64,000 nucleotides of DNA from a virus. Both the position numbers and the translations under genes were made by a program. The notes beneath the pieces were generated by a model that was not told the DNA's origin, made no database searches, and worked only from the letters and a program-made list of their open reading frames with translations. Location: the IMG/VR virus record IMGVR_UViG_3300012954_000010, positions 34,498-98,497 of that record. One strand, given 5' to 3'. This document shows positions 18,560 through 27,084 of the stretch, in pieces (the stretch's first letter is position 1; every line of letters begins with the position of its first letter).

Positions 18560-19226
18560 TCTCAGTTAACCATTTGCGAGTGAGTGGTGTCGGTTCATAT
18601 TCTGTCCACATGGACCCACGAGCACATGCCTGGAGTGCTTTCATAGTCATGTCCTCTGTACGACCTGCCCATTGTGCTTCCGCTTCCCATGGTACAGCAG
18701 ATGCGGGATAGGTGCGCTCTGCCATGACACGCCAGATCATAGGGACATCTTCCTCTGGTTTGATAATAGCAATTAAACTATTATCAATGGTGCCTGCCAT
18801 ACAGTCCTGAGCAGCGTGCCATCCTTCATGTCGCATCAATTGCATCAATACATGTGGTTCATTCATGTATCTCTTATTGAGATATACATTGTTACTCACA
18901 GTATGATACACACCACGATGCATGATGGGAAAGTATCGTGAGTCAGCAAGATATACTTTGATGCCAATCTGATTCATTGTCATCAACATATTGTTGAACT
19001 CATTGGCATGACGAGTGAATCGTTCTGGGTTATCATACTGTGAACTAATGTCCAACAGTGAGAACACTTCATCTACATCCTTCTTGCATTCTCGTACAAG
19101 CATACAACCCATTGAGTCCATGCTATTGTATCCTTGGGTGATTTTATCCTCACCTGCATTGACACTGGTAGTACCTAGTAGTAGTGCTGCTGCGATTGTG
19201 TTAAACAGTCTGATCCGATGTGCCAT
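18540..19226 (-). CDS. Exported HExxH zinc-metallopeptidase-like protein
   Basis: Signal peptide; LMRHEGWHAAQD and a downstream WEAEA. Confidence 0.7.
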   Translation of the reverse strand: MAHRIRLFNTIAAALLLGTTSVNAGEDKITQGYNSMDSMGCMLVRECKKDVDEVFSLLDISSQYDNPERFTRHANEFNNMLMTMNQIGIKVYLADSRYFPIMHRGVYHTVSNNVYLNKRYMNEPHVLMQLMRHEGWHAAQDCMAGTIDNSLIAIIKPEEDVPMIWRVMAERTYPASAVPWEAEAQWAGRTEDMTMKALQACARGSMWTEYEPTPLTRKWLTENGYIQD

Positions 19227-19448
19227 AGTGATAAGTATAATTCAAGAATGCATTGATGTTTGGTTTAACTCCGAGTGACAAGCAGCACTCATACCATGAG
19301 TCAAAGTCCGTCTGGAGTGTCTTGCTCAGAGCAATTTGGACATAGTTTTTTGATGGTGTTGATGTCATGTAGGATTTTCTCTGCGAGTGCTTTGTCACCA
19401 TCGGCATACGCTTTCATGTAATTAAGTACAAGAGAGCGTAGTTGCTCC

Positions 19449-19673
19449 TTAAGTTGTGAGTTCGTCATACAGTGCTACGAGTTCGTCACTATTGTAAAAG
19501 TGAGTTTGCTCGTTTATATAGTTGTTGGGGTCCAACCACTCAAACCACTCATCAGCAAAACAAATAGCATCATCAGTGCGATTGTCAGCGATCAGTTCAC
19601 GAAACCGTTCTACTACCCACTCACAGATAGCATCACGGTTCTCAGAGATTTGCAGAGCGAATTCGTTGTTCAT
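19449..19673 (-). CDS. Hypothetical protein
   Basis: 74 aa, coupled. Confidence 0.6.
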   Translation of the reverse strand: MNNEFALQISENRDAICEWVVERFRELIADNRTDDAICFADEWFEWLDPNNYINEQTHFYNSDELVALYDELTT

Positions 19674-19963
19674 TGCTTGTTAAGAGTGAGTTGGTTGTTC
19701 AGGTGGTCGTAGGAGACAAACTCTGTCCCTCGGGGCAGAGACTCAATGATAGCACGAGTGAACTCAAGAGTAAAGCGTGACTGGTATTTCCAGAACAAAC
19801 GATACAATTTGTTATGTGGTTCAACAATGGTGTCCACTCGCACAGTATACTCACCACGAGTGTATCGTGCTGGGAATGGCATCAGCAGTTCTTTGACATG
19901 ACTGACAACAACAGGAGAGCAGCGTTGCTGCTTGTTGACTTGATTACCTAAACGCAAACTCAT
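19670..19963 (-). CDS. Hypothetical protein
   Basis: 97 aa, ATGA overlaps. Confidence 0.65.
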   Translation of the reverse strand: MSLRLGNQVNKQQRCSPVVVSHVKELLMPFPARYTRGEYTVRVDTIVEPHNKLYRLFWKYQSRFTLEFTRAIIESLPRGTEFVSYDHLNNQLTLNKQ

Positions 19964-20202
19964 TTTACAAATACCTCTTTGTTGAATTCTTTAGTAAGAT
20001 CTACTGTCTGTTTGAGTAGATTGCAGATATGAATCACATAGTCTGCTTCATTGTCATCCATGCCACGCTCAAAGTCGAAGTCATAGGATGCGTCCCAATC
20101 GGGTGTGCCATCCATCTTAACAGGTGCTCCGTACATATATCCATCTTCTTCCATCGCATATGCGTTGCCGTCAGCAACAATGTAGAAATCTGGGGCGTTC
20201 AT
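19960..20202 (-). CDS. Hypothetical protein
   Basis: 80 aa, behind TTGACA-N17-TAAAAT (20232-20260). Confidence 0.7.
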   Translation of the reverse strand: MNAPDFYIVADGNAYAMEEDGYMYGAPVKMDGTPDWDASYDFDFERGMDDNEADYVIHICNLLKQTVDLTKEFNKEVFVK

Positions 20203-20256
20203 GGTTGGTAAGTGTGAGTTGGTATGATAGTATTTTATAAAAGAAATGAGCGTTTG

Positions 20257-20676
20257 TCAACTCATGTAGAGATAACCTCCCGCCCAATCAGCAACTTCAA
20301 GACAACGCTCGCGGGATTCTTCATTCAAAAGATTGTAGCGAACATATTTGGCAGGTCCTTTCCAACCTGCTGGTTTGTAGACATCACCAGTGTTACGATC
20401 GATGAATGCATGTACAGACTGAGAACCACTAGAGTCCTTCATGATAAGTTTGTAATACTTACGACCTTTGTCAAGGTAGAAGTCATAATCAGCATTGCCT
20501 GCCTGGAGAGAATCGATCTGAGACTGGTGATAGTCAATGCTATGCTGTTGAGTAGCATTAGCAAGAGAACGCTTCTGACTACGGATGCTATACTCAATGA
20601 AGTCGGTAAGCAATGCCATGCACAGTTCGTGACTGTGTTGGGTAACTTGTGATTGTTGAGCAGTTGCGGTGGTCAT
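20257..20676 (-). CDS. Conserved early hypothetical protein
   Basis: GRKYYKL...SVHAFID..TGDVYKPAGWKGPAK.VRY...DWAGGYLY; promoter/box at 20704-20763. Confidence 0.8.
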   Translation of the reverse strand: MTTATAQQSQVTQHSHELCMALLTDFIEYSIRSQKRSLANATQQHSIDYHQSQIDSLQAGNADYDFYLDKGRKYYKLIMKDSSGSQSVHAFIDRNTGDVYKPAGWKGPAKYVRYNLLNEESRERCLEVADWAGGYLYMS

Positions 20677-20859
20677 GATGCGTTCTGTGTTGTGTATACA
20701 GTTATTATAACGGTCAGTTGAGCAGTGCCAACACCTCAGGTGACAGTTCCTCAACTGTCCACTGGTCGCTCAGGTCAGGGATGTCATCATCCCAATCTAC
20801 CTCAGCAGAATCAATCAGGTCAAGCAGTTTACGATCGAGCAGAACTTCAGCAACGGTAG

Positions 20860-21069
20860 TCATAGTAATTTGGAGAGACTAATGAACAGTAGAAAAGTGA
20901 GCATGATTACCACATCATACGATTTAGTGCGTATGAAATATGGCAGGGAGACTAGATCTCCTATAAAGTGGAGTGCGACTCCACCAATTACGCTAACATG
21001 TAACACAACAAAGTATGCTACAACTACACACGCACTGCCTGCAATGCGTAGATTGACATCATAAGTCAT
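20860..21069 (-). CDS. Small membrane protein
   Basis: Two to three hydrophobic segments. Confidence 0.65.
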   Translation of the reverse strand: MTYDVNLRIAGSACVVVAYFVVLHVSVIGGVALHFIGDLVSLPYFIRTKSYDVVIMLTFLLFISLSKLL

Positions 21070-21288
21070 GGGCGAACAACCACATCAGCAGGGACACGAG
21101 AGACTGTGTAACGACGGATCTGACTGCCATACTCACGCCATGCCTCTACAGTCTCGTTCACGATGCGATTGTGTTGACGATCCATACCCTTAGCAGTCTT
21201 ACACTTACGCTCCTTACGGAAATAGATGATGGGATGCTGGGGTGACTCGAAAGTGTCGATCTCGATCTTGTAGTGGGAGTAGGTCATG
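21066..21288 (-). CDS. Hypothetical protein
   Basis: MTYSHYKIEID...GMDRQHNRIVNE. Confidence 0.6.
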
Positions 21289-21319
21289 ACCTGTGTTTCG
21301 CTGACTCCGTTAGTATAGG

Positions 21320-21577
21320 TCAGGTGGCGTCGTTGAGGGCATTGGATAGACACTCCTGTAAGTGTCCCTCAAGTGCAACATCATTCACATTGTGACGAAT
21401 TGCAAACGATTGACTGTCATGTCGGTTCATAGACCACATACTATCAATCAGGAACCTAATCTGATCTGTATTCAGTTCAATCTGTAATGTGATAGGTTTG
21501 GGTCTTACAGGAAGTTCAACACCGAAGGTGTGAGCGGACGCAAGATCTGCATCGCTGTATAAGGGGTCGTTTGACAT
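21320..21577 (-). CDS. Hypothetical protein
   Basis: 85-aa ORF. Confidence 0.5.
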   Translation of the reverse strand: MSNDPLYSDADLASAHTFGVELPVRPKPITLQIELNTDQIRFLIDSMWSMNRHDSQSFAIRHNVNDVALEGHLQECLSNALNDAT

Positions 21578-21789
21578 AGTTCTACTGGGTCGTTACCCAT
21601 GCGCTTTGCATTAATGGGTGGATAGAATTGTTTGCTTTTTTTGTGGTAGAATCCCCAAATTGTAGAAACAGATGCACTGTTAAAAATGTATTCACGATGA
21701 TGGCGCAACCATATAGCAATAACACCGCGTTTGTGTTCCTTAAATTCATAAGAGTATCCATCTGGTGGTTTATGAGTGAATTCTATCAT
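21505..21789 (-). CDS. Conserved cyanophage hypothetical protein
   Basis: FTHKPPDGYSYE...IWL.H...TIWGFY...TTPYTAM. Confidence 0.7.
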   Translation of the reverse strand: MIEFTHKPPDGYSYEFKEHKRGVIAIWLRHHREYIFNSASVSTIWGFYHKKSKQFYPPINAKRMGNDPVELCQTTPYTAMQILRPLTPSVLNFL

Positions 21790-22037
21790 GTGACACAAGC
21801 AAATGGGGATCCGTGTACAGGTTGTGTGTGGAAATCAGTGACACTGTATCCATAACCATGAATACGAGAGTTTGCTTCCTCACGCAATGCCTTACGAGTG
21901 ATTATAGACCGAGAGATGGTCTCGATGCCATAATATTTGACATGCTTAACAATAAAGTTAGGAGACACATGTCCGTCTGCCGTCATGCATGGATAGAAAT
22001 CCACTACCATGTGACCTTCAGGTGACTTGAGTTGCAT
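21786..22037 (-). CDS. Hypothetical protein
   Basis: 83 aa behind the promoter/box at 22061-22117. Confidence 0.65.
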   Translation of the reverse strand: MQLKSPEGHMVVDFYPCMTADGHVSPNFIVKHVKYYGIETISRSIITRKALREEANSRIHGYGYSVTDFHTQPVHGSPFACVT

Positions 22038-22276
22038 GGGGTTGTTCGCTTGACTCTTCTAATATACATGAAAAAGGGGCGGTTGCCCACCCCTTGTGCC
22101 ACTAAATCAACTGTCACTCATACAAGGGATGACATCGATAGGACCTGTTACCTTTGGATCGTTCTCTAGATGTTTAATGAAATTACAAATGTCATCTAGA
22201 TCATACATTACAACACGCTGTTGTGCTGAGTAACCTTTCTTCTTTAGTTTTTTCCAAGTAATAGCGTACTTCTCAA

Positions 22277-22612
22277 TCAAAGTGATGAACCTCGTTGGAA
22301 CTTGGCGATGTCTGCCAGTGTGATTCTAGCAGCATAGTTATATGATTTACTGCCATCATCATGCTCTGTAACATCCTGCTGTGCTGCCAAGTGACCATAT
22401 GCGTCATCAAATGCATCAGCAGGACGGTGACCCTGCATCAGATCATACAAATCAGATGCTTTATCAAGTTCCTTACGATGATAATCAATGTTATCTTGAA
22501 TTGCCATCAGCATCTGCTCATAGCAAGCGCGAGCATCTAGAGTATCATCATTAAGATAATCATCAACACACTCTTGCATACGCTTATTTCTCTGTTGTGA
22601 ATAAGATTCCAT
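22277..22612 (-). CDS. Hypothetical protein
   Basis: 111 aa, coupled. Confidence 0.65.
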   Translation of the reverse strand: MESYSQQRNKRMQECVDDYLNDDTLDARACYEQMLMAIQDNIDYHRKELDKASDLYDLMQGHRPADAFDDAYGHLAAQQDVTEHDDGSKSYNYAARITLADIAKFQRGSSL

Positions 22613-22791
22613 TAATAAAACTCCTGGTTACGGCGTGAATCCAAGTATGCGAGGATTTCTCCGCGCCATTCGAGTAACTCATGATAACATAGTTGCTCAT
22701 GTGCATCTTCTCTCAGTTCATGGTCTGGTTTGAGGACACTCTCATAGAATAGATTGAATGCATCTCTGCGCTTTTGTGATTTAGTCTCCAT
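22612..22791 (-). CDS. Hypothetical protein (59 aa)
   Basis: METKSQKRRDAFNLFYESVLKPDHELR... Confidence 0.65.
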   Translation of the reverse strand: METKSQKRRDAFNLFYESVLKPDHELREDAHEQLCYHELLEWRGEILAYLDSRRNQEFY

Positions 22792-22812
22792 GAATTTTAC
22801 CTAATGTACATT

Positions 22813-23535
22813 CTATGTAAAGGACAGAACACTGCTTTTAAGTCTATCATTTGATATCTTAATGTATTCATCATCGATTTCATACCCAATCCAATCTCTA
22901 TTCAGTGATTGTGCCACCAGTGCAGTGGTTCCTGATCCCAGAAAGGGGTCTAGGACCGTCTGTGATGCCTGTGTAGTGAGTTGGATACAGTTGCGTACCA
23001 ACTGCTCAGGGAAGGGGGCAGGATGCTGCTTCTGACGATCGGGTGGAATCACCCATACCTCACCACGATATTGTGGATCAACAGCATCACGGAACACCTT
23101 GGGTTTCTTCTTACAGAACCAGTAGATATGTTCTGTGCATGGCACTAAGATATCATTGCGGATGTTTGGAGAGTTGCGTCTGTCCCAAATAATAAGTTGA
23201 TACAACTGTGCCGCACTATGTGCAATGAAATCAGTGGGTAGATAGCATCTGTTTTTGTGTCTGCGTGGTTTATGGTTGAAAAATATACTACCATCATCTT
23301 TGATGACGCGGTGACACTCATCCAATACTGCTACCATCCATGCCTGATACTCTTCCTCTGGCATATCATCACCATAAGAAGAGTAATCGATGTTGAACTT
23401 ACCCCATATTTGATTACCACGCTTAACATTGCCAAGCAGACCTTTCTTATTGTATGGTGGTGATGTAATAATACAATCAATAGAGTTGTCATCCAACTCC
23501 TTCATACCCTCAAGACAGTCTTTATTGATAATCAT
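22813..23535 (-). CDS. Beta-class N4C/N6A DNA methyltransferase
   Basis: TSPPY catalytic motif near the N-terminus; HPAPFP and VLDPFLGSGTT SAM motif near the C-terminus; start MIINKDCLEG overlaps the nuclease stop (ATGA). Confidence 0.92.
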   Translation of the reverse strand: MIINKDCLEGMKELDDNSIDCIITSPPYNKKGLLGNVKRGNQIWGKFNIDYSSYGDDMPEEEYQAWMVAVLDECHRVIKDDGSIFFNHKPRRHKNRCYLPTDFIAHSAAQLYQLIIWDRRNSPNIRNDILVPCTEHIYWFCKKKPKVFRDAVDPQYRGEVWVIPPDRQKQHPAPFPEQLVRNCIQLTTQASQTVLDPFLGSGTTALVAQSLNRDWIGYEIDDEYIKISNDRLKSSVLSFT

Positions 23536-24197
23536 ACAAATAGATGGAGGTGAATGTGCCACAGCACATTATAGCGGTTGCTCTTCGATTTCTTACCTTC
23601 ACGCTGAAAGTGAAAGTATGATTTGCCTTGCTTGTTCTTCAAGTGTATACCACCAGAGAGGAATTTCCACTCAGCGTCTTCGATTTTATCAATGATCTGC
23701 TGATATGTCAACTCATATTCTTTATGCTCTAGGTGATTGTATACAACATGGGTGATGCCATCACCATTGCTGATGATAAGATCAACAACCTTACGCTTGT
23801 TGTTGTTAAGGAATTCTTTGAATGCTTCAATTTGGTCATCATCAATCTGTTTAATTGTACGGCGATCCTTGCCGTTGTAGTTATAGTCTGCATTACCACA
23901 GAAGTTGCGGATAAATGCAGCAGCGAGACCAGTAATACCAAGGGTCTCCATGAAATGTTTTTGAGTAGTAAGATGCACCTGAGTGGATGTACCACTAGCA
24001 TTCTTAATACTCTTATTGTTTACACCATCAGTGCCATCAACTTTAGTACGAGAACCACCAATTTGCTGCAGTCCATGTGCATCACAGATTGCTTTCTCTT
24101 TAGGACCAGAGTATTCTGCTCTAATCAGAGCACCCTTCTCTTCCTTGGTGAGCATGTCGTATGATGTTTTTGGTGGTGGAACTGTAAAGTCTGGCAC
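23532..24197 (-). CDS. Type II restriction endonuclease-like protein (HinP1I/MspI-like PD-(D/E)xK)
   Basis: KVD...SIK, NFCG...KDRR, FLNNNKR, HFQREG motifs recall HinP1I; coupled to the MTase. Confidence 0.65.
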   Translation of the reverse strand: MPDFTVPPPKTSYDMLTKEEKGALIRAEYSGPKEKAICDAHGLQQIGGSRTKVDGTDGVNNKSIKNASGTSTQVHLTTQKHFMETLGITGLAAAFIRNFCGNADYNYNGKDRRTIKQIDDDQIEAFKEFLNNNKRKVVDLIISNGDGITHVVYNHLEHKEYELTYQQIIDKIEDAEWKFLSGGIHLKNKQGKSYFHFQREGKKSKSNRYNVLWHIHLHLFV

Positions 24198-24263
24198 GAT
24201 AGTAACTTGGGTATGGATTTAATATACTACATTACATGCTCATGTGCAAGCATGGTAGACACT

Positions 24264-24905
24264 TCAAGAATTGGACCTACTACCCCACCTAAACATCTGA
24301 CCTGTGCTAAGTTCATCATCAAATGGAGGTCGAACGCTCTCATGTGGCACTACATTAAAATTGAATGCAAAGATAGTTCTAGGTTTCTCTGATTCATTTG
24401 GTCTGGCAAGATGGTCAGCATATGCAGGAAACAATATTAATGTACCTTCATTACAGTTAGGTATTTCAATCTGCCTCTTCTGACCATCCCAGAAACTAGG
24501 CAATGGTTCATAGAATACAGTAGATGTATGCTCACTAGGATCAAAATCTACATAGCATGTTGCAGAAAATCCTTTGTATCCATGATTATGAATACCTTGC
24601 TCCATTCCTTTGAATGATGTTTGTGTCCAACCAAGTGTGATTTCATATGAAATAGCACCAAGAGTCTTAGCGAAGTTTAAAATATCATCACCAAAGATAT
24701 CTTGCACTGCTTCACATGCAGGTTTCAACCTATCAGGATTTGTACGAATAGTATCGTAGTTACTCATAGGTTGATAGCGACCCTTTTGATATGGGTGCTG
24801 TTTAGTAAACTCGTAGATCTTTTGTTTTTTATTTTCCCAGTCATTCAGTTGCACAACTGAACAGGGCCATGGAAATAATTGTTTAATCAACTGCATCAAC
24901 TCCAA
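24264..24905 (-). CDS. 2OG-Fe(II) oxygenase superfamily protein
   Basis: HNHG...EGTLILFPAYADH...N.SEKPRTIFAFN. Confidence 0.85.
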   Translation of the reverse strand: MELMQLIKQLFPWPCSVVQLNDWENKKQKIYEFTKQHPYQKGRYQPMSNYDTIRTNPDRLKPACEAVQDIFGDDILNFAKTLGAISYEITLGWTQTSFKGMEQGIHNHGYKGFSATCYVDFDPSEHTSTVFYEPLPSFWDGQKRQIEIPNCNEGTLILFPAYADHLARPNESEKPRTIFAFNFNVVPHESVRPPFDDELSTGQMFRWGSRSNS

Positions 24906-25107
24906 CTATATCTTTGACTGGCACTTCATGCTCTCCTGCGATAAGATACCAGTGCTCACCCTCACGCACTCCGAGATACTTTATCTCGCTTGGGGGCATA
25001 TCGTTCTCTCTTAATATTGCTTGTAGTTGCAAGTGCAGCAACTCGCTGTTCGTTGGCACACTCAATTTCTCGTCGCCAGTGTTGTCTGATTCGTTTGTAT
25101 TCTGCAT
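24883..25107 (-). CDS. Hypothetical protein overlapping the DUF4385 gene
   Basis: LLHLQLQAILRE...IKYLG...HWYLIAGEHEVPV; start uncertain. Confidence 0.55.
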   Translation of the reverse strand: MQNTNESDNTGDEKLSVPTNSELLHLQLQAILRENDMPPSEIKYLGVREGEHWYLIAGEHEVPVKDIVGVDAVD

Positions 25108-25522
25108 TGTTTGCCACGATGTCGCGTACTTTCTTAAAGATCTGAGCACTCTTATTATAGTCACAGGTCCAGTGATCAGATTCCTGAGGGCGGACTTCAC
25201 CTTTACTATCATACTTCTTTCCACTATGATGGTTAGCATATCTACGAGCACGAGTAAATCCCATCTCCAGGAATTTACGACACATATCCATGCCTACAAA
25301 ATCTTTAGCATCTCTGTAATCGAGATACATTGCATATATCTTGTTAGCAGACTTTACTGCAACATCAGGAGTTCGGAACCGCCAATGAGCACAAATGTCG
25401 TCTGTATAAGGCCGTACCAATAGAACTCCTTGTTCTCCCCGACCAATACGATAAAGTTCGTGAGTTTCTGGATCTGTAAAGTCAAGTGACTTGTAGTCGA
25501 GTTCATAACAAAACTCAAGCAT
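24962..25522 (-). CDS. DUF4385-family protein
   Basis: YRIGRGEQGVLLVRPY...WRFRTP...DFVGMDMCRKFLEMGFTRARRYANH. Confidence 0.85.
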   Translation of the reverse strand: MLEFCYELDYKSLDFTDPETHELYRIGRGEQGVLLVRPYTDDICAHWRFRTPDVAVKSANKIYAMYLDYRDAKDFVGMDMCRKFLEMGFTRARRYANHHSGKKYDSKGEVRPQESDHWTCDYNKSAQIFKKVRDIVANNAEYKRIRQHWRREIECANEQRVAALATTSNIKRERYAPKRDKVSRSA

Positions 25523-25569
25523 AGTGGTGTGCTAGTTCAGAACCAGCATAGCATCACGCTACTATGATG

Positions 25570-25911
25570 TCAAGCGTTGTCCCAGATAATATCTCCATAT
25601 GCATCCACGACATATGCATGGATGAAATGATCAGAGTCTGGACACTCGCTCTCCTTAGGGAACCACGACCCTGCCATCAATGAAGCAATATTCTCTTCAT
25701 CAAACTCTAATGTGTTAAACTTACCTTGCTTGATAATATCCATGACATAATCATCAACAAAGTCTGCATAAAATGCAGTTACAGTTGCTTTCTTTGTTGC
25801 ATCTAGTGCATTATATGTAATGAGATCAAAATATACTAGTGTTTTTTGATATCTCTGTGCATAACATGCAACTAAATCGAATACTTGTAGTTCTTTACCC
25901 TCAATAATCAT
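25570..25911 (-). CDS. Hypothetical protein
   Basis: MIIEGKELQVFDL...; ATGA overlap. Confidence 0.7.
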   Translation of the reverse strand: MIIEGKELQVFDLVACYAQRYQKTLVYFDLITYNALDATKKATVTAFYADFVDDYVMDIIKQGKFNTLEFDEENIASLMAGSWFPKESECPDSDHFIHAYVVDAYGDIIWDNA

Positions 25912-26147
25912 TTCCATCCTCCTTTTAGAACCCACTCGTCATGGTATTGGTTTTTCCAACCACTACTGATTCCATAGGATGGTTGAATCACTTGCTCAAT
26001 GTACCTACGATTTTCTTTTGCAATATTTAGACTCTGCTCTTCTAGAGTTTTCACTCGTCCATCTATTTGCGAGGACCACCAGACAGCACCTGCACCCTGA
26101 ACGAGCAGGAATGATACAATGGCAAAGGGAATTTTAAAATCACTCAT
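25908..26147 (-). CDS. Small membrane-anchored protein
   Basis: N-terminal transmembrane segment followed by a coiled coil. Confidence 0.7.
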   Translation of the reverse strand: MSDFKIPFAIVSFLLVQGAGAVWWSSQIDGRVKTLEEQSLNIAKENRRYIEQVIQPSYGISSGWKNQYHDEWVLKGGWK

Positions 26148-27057
26148 CGTTCTCAGTATCCAGTTCTTCTTCTACCTTAGTAATTAACATTTCCAACCAT
26201 TGCTTTCTGTCAGCAAGTTGACTTTCGGTTAGATCTGTTTCACCAACACCAACATCCTCAACAGCATTTGCATTCTTAAGTTTTTCATACTCAAGTAATA
26301 ATGTAGCGAAGTAGTTGTTCTCTGTTAGAGACTTCAGAACTAGGAAGTTTGCAATCTTTTCTCTGAATAGTTTGAGATAGTGTTTTGAGATAGGCAACCA
26401 CTGATCATCAGTTGCAAGATACTCTCTATCAGGATAGTCTTCAGAATATATTTTCTTGAAAAAGTCAGGAGAAATTGGAAACTTAACTCCTTCTGGGTTG
26501 GTAGAGAACTCACTTGCAGTAGTTAGATCTCTAAGTTTAGATCTATACAATGTATACTGTGCTTTAGCATCAGCATCAAGTGGAGAATCTACTGCCAACG
26601 CCCAGTCAGTTTCTGATAGTAAGAAGTTTCTTGCCAATCTAACAGTGAAAGGAGATACTTTTCTCTGCTTACCATACATACGAGACAGTTCCGTTTGGAA
26701 CTCTTCATTCTCGATAGAGTCAATTAGATAGAATGTTTCTACTAACTTATCTCTTACTTGCTTTGCCTGCTCAACATCAACCTGCTCCATTTCATAGTCA
26801 ATCCACTCATACTCACCAGTTTTGAAGTTCTTGATGAATCTTCTGCGCTTAGCATAGTATGTGTTATTGGTGAACCAACTAAACATGATTAATTTATCCT
26901 TATCACTATCCCACAAAGGATAGAGAAAAGGCACCAGTTCATCCTGCCAATAGTTGTCGGGGATGACCTTGATGGTTCCATTGTAACTGATTTCTTGCTG
27001 TACAGTATCCAACTGTACTTGCAATACAGGAATATCAGCGGAGTTGAAGGTTGACAT
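26140..27057 (-). CDS. Tail-fibre assembly chaperone-like protein
   Basis: ARNFLLSETDW...YRSKLRDLT motif; follows the fibre genes; CTAAATA at ~27082. Confidence 0.7.
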   Translation of the reverse strand: MSTFNSADIPVLQVQLDTVQQEISYNGTIKVIPDNYWQDELVPFLYPLWDSDKDKLIMFSWFTNNTYYAKRRRFIKNFKTGEYEWIDYEMEQVDVEQAKQVRDKLVETFYLIDSIENEEFQTELSRMYGKQRKVSPFTVRLARNFLLSETDWALAVDSPLDADAKAQYTLYRSKLRDLTTASEFSTNPEGVKFPISPDFFKKIYSEDYPDREYLATDDQWLPISKHYLKLFREKIANFLVLKSLTENNYFATLLLEYEKLKNANAVEDVGVGETDLTESQLADRKQWLEMLITKVEEELDTENDE

Positions 27058-27084
27058 ATTGCTGAATATAGTCTCCAGATGTAT

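Noticed and set aside
13600-22117. GTGCCAC repeats as a CRISPR array or att sites
   Set aside because: Degenerate, irregularly spaced, separated by whole genes and tied to -10 boxes; no cas or integrase gene seen.
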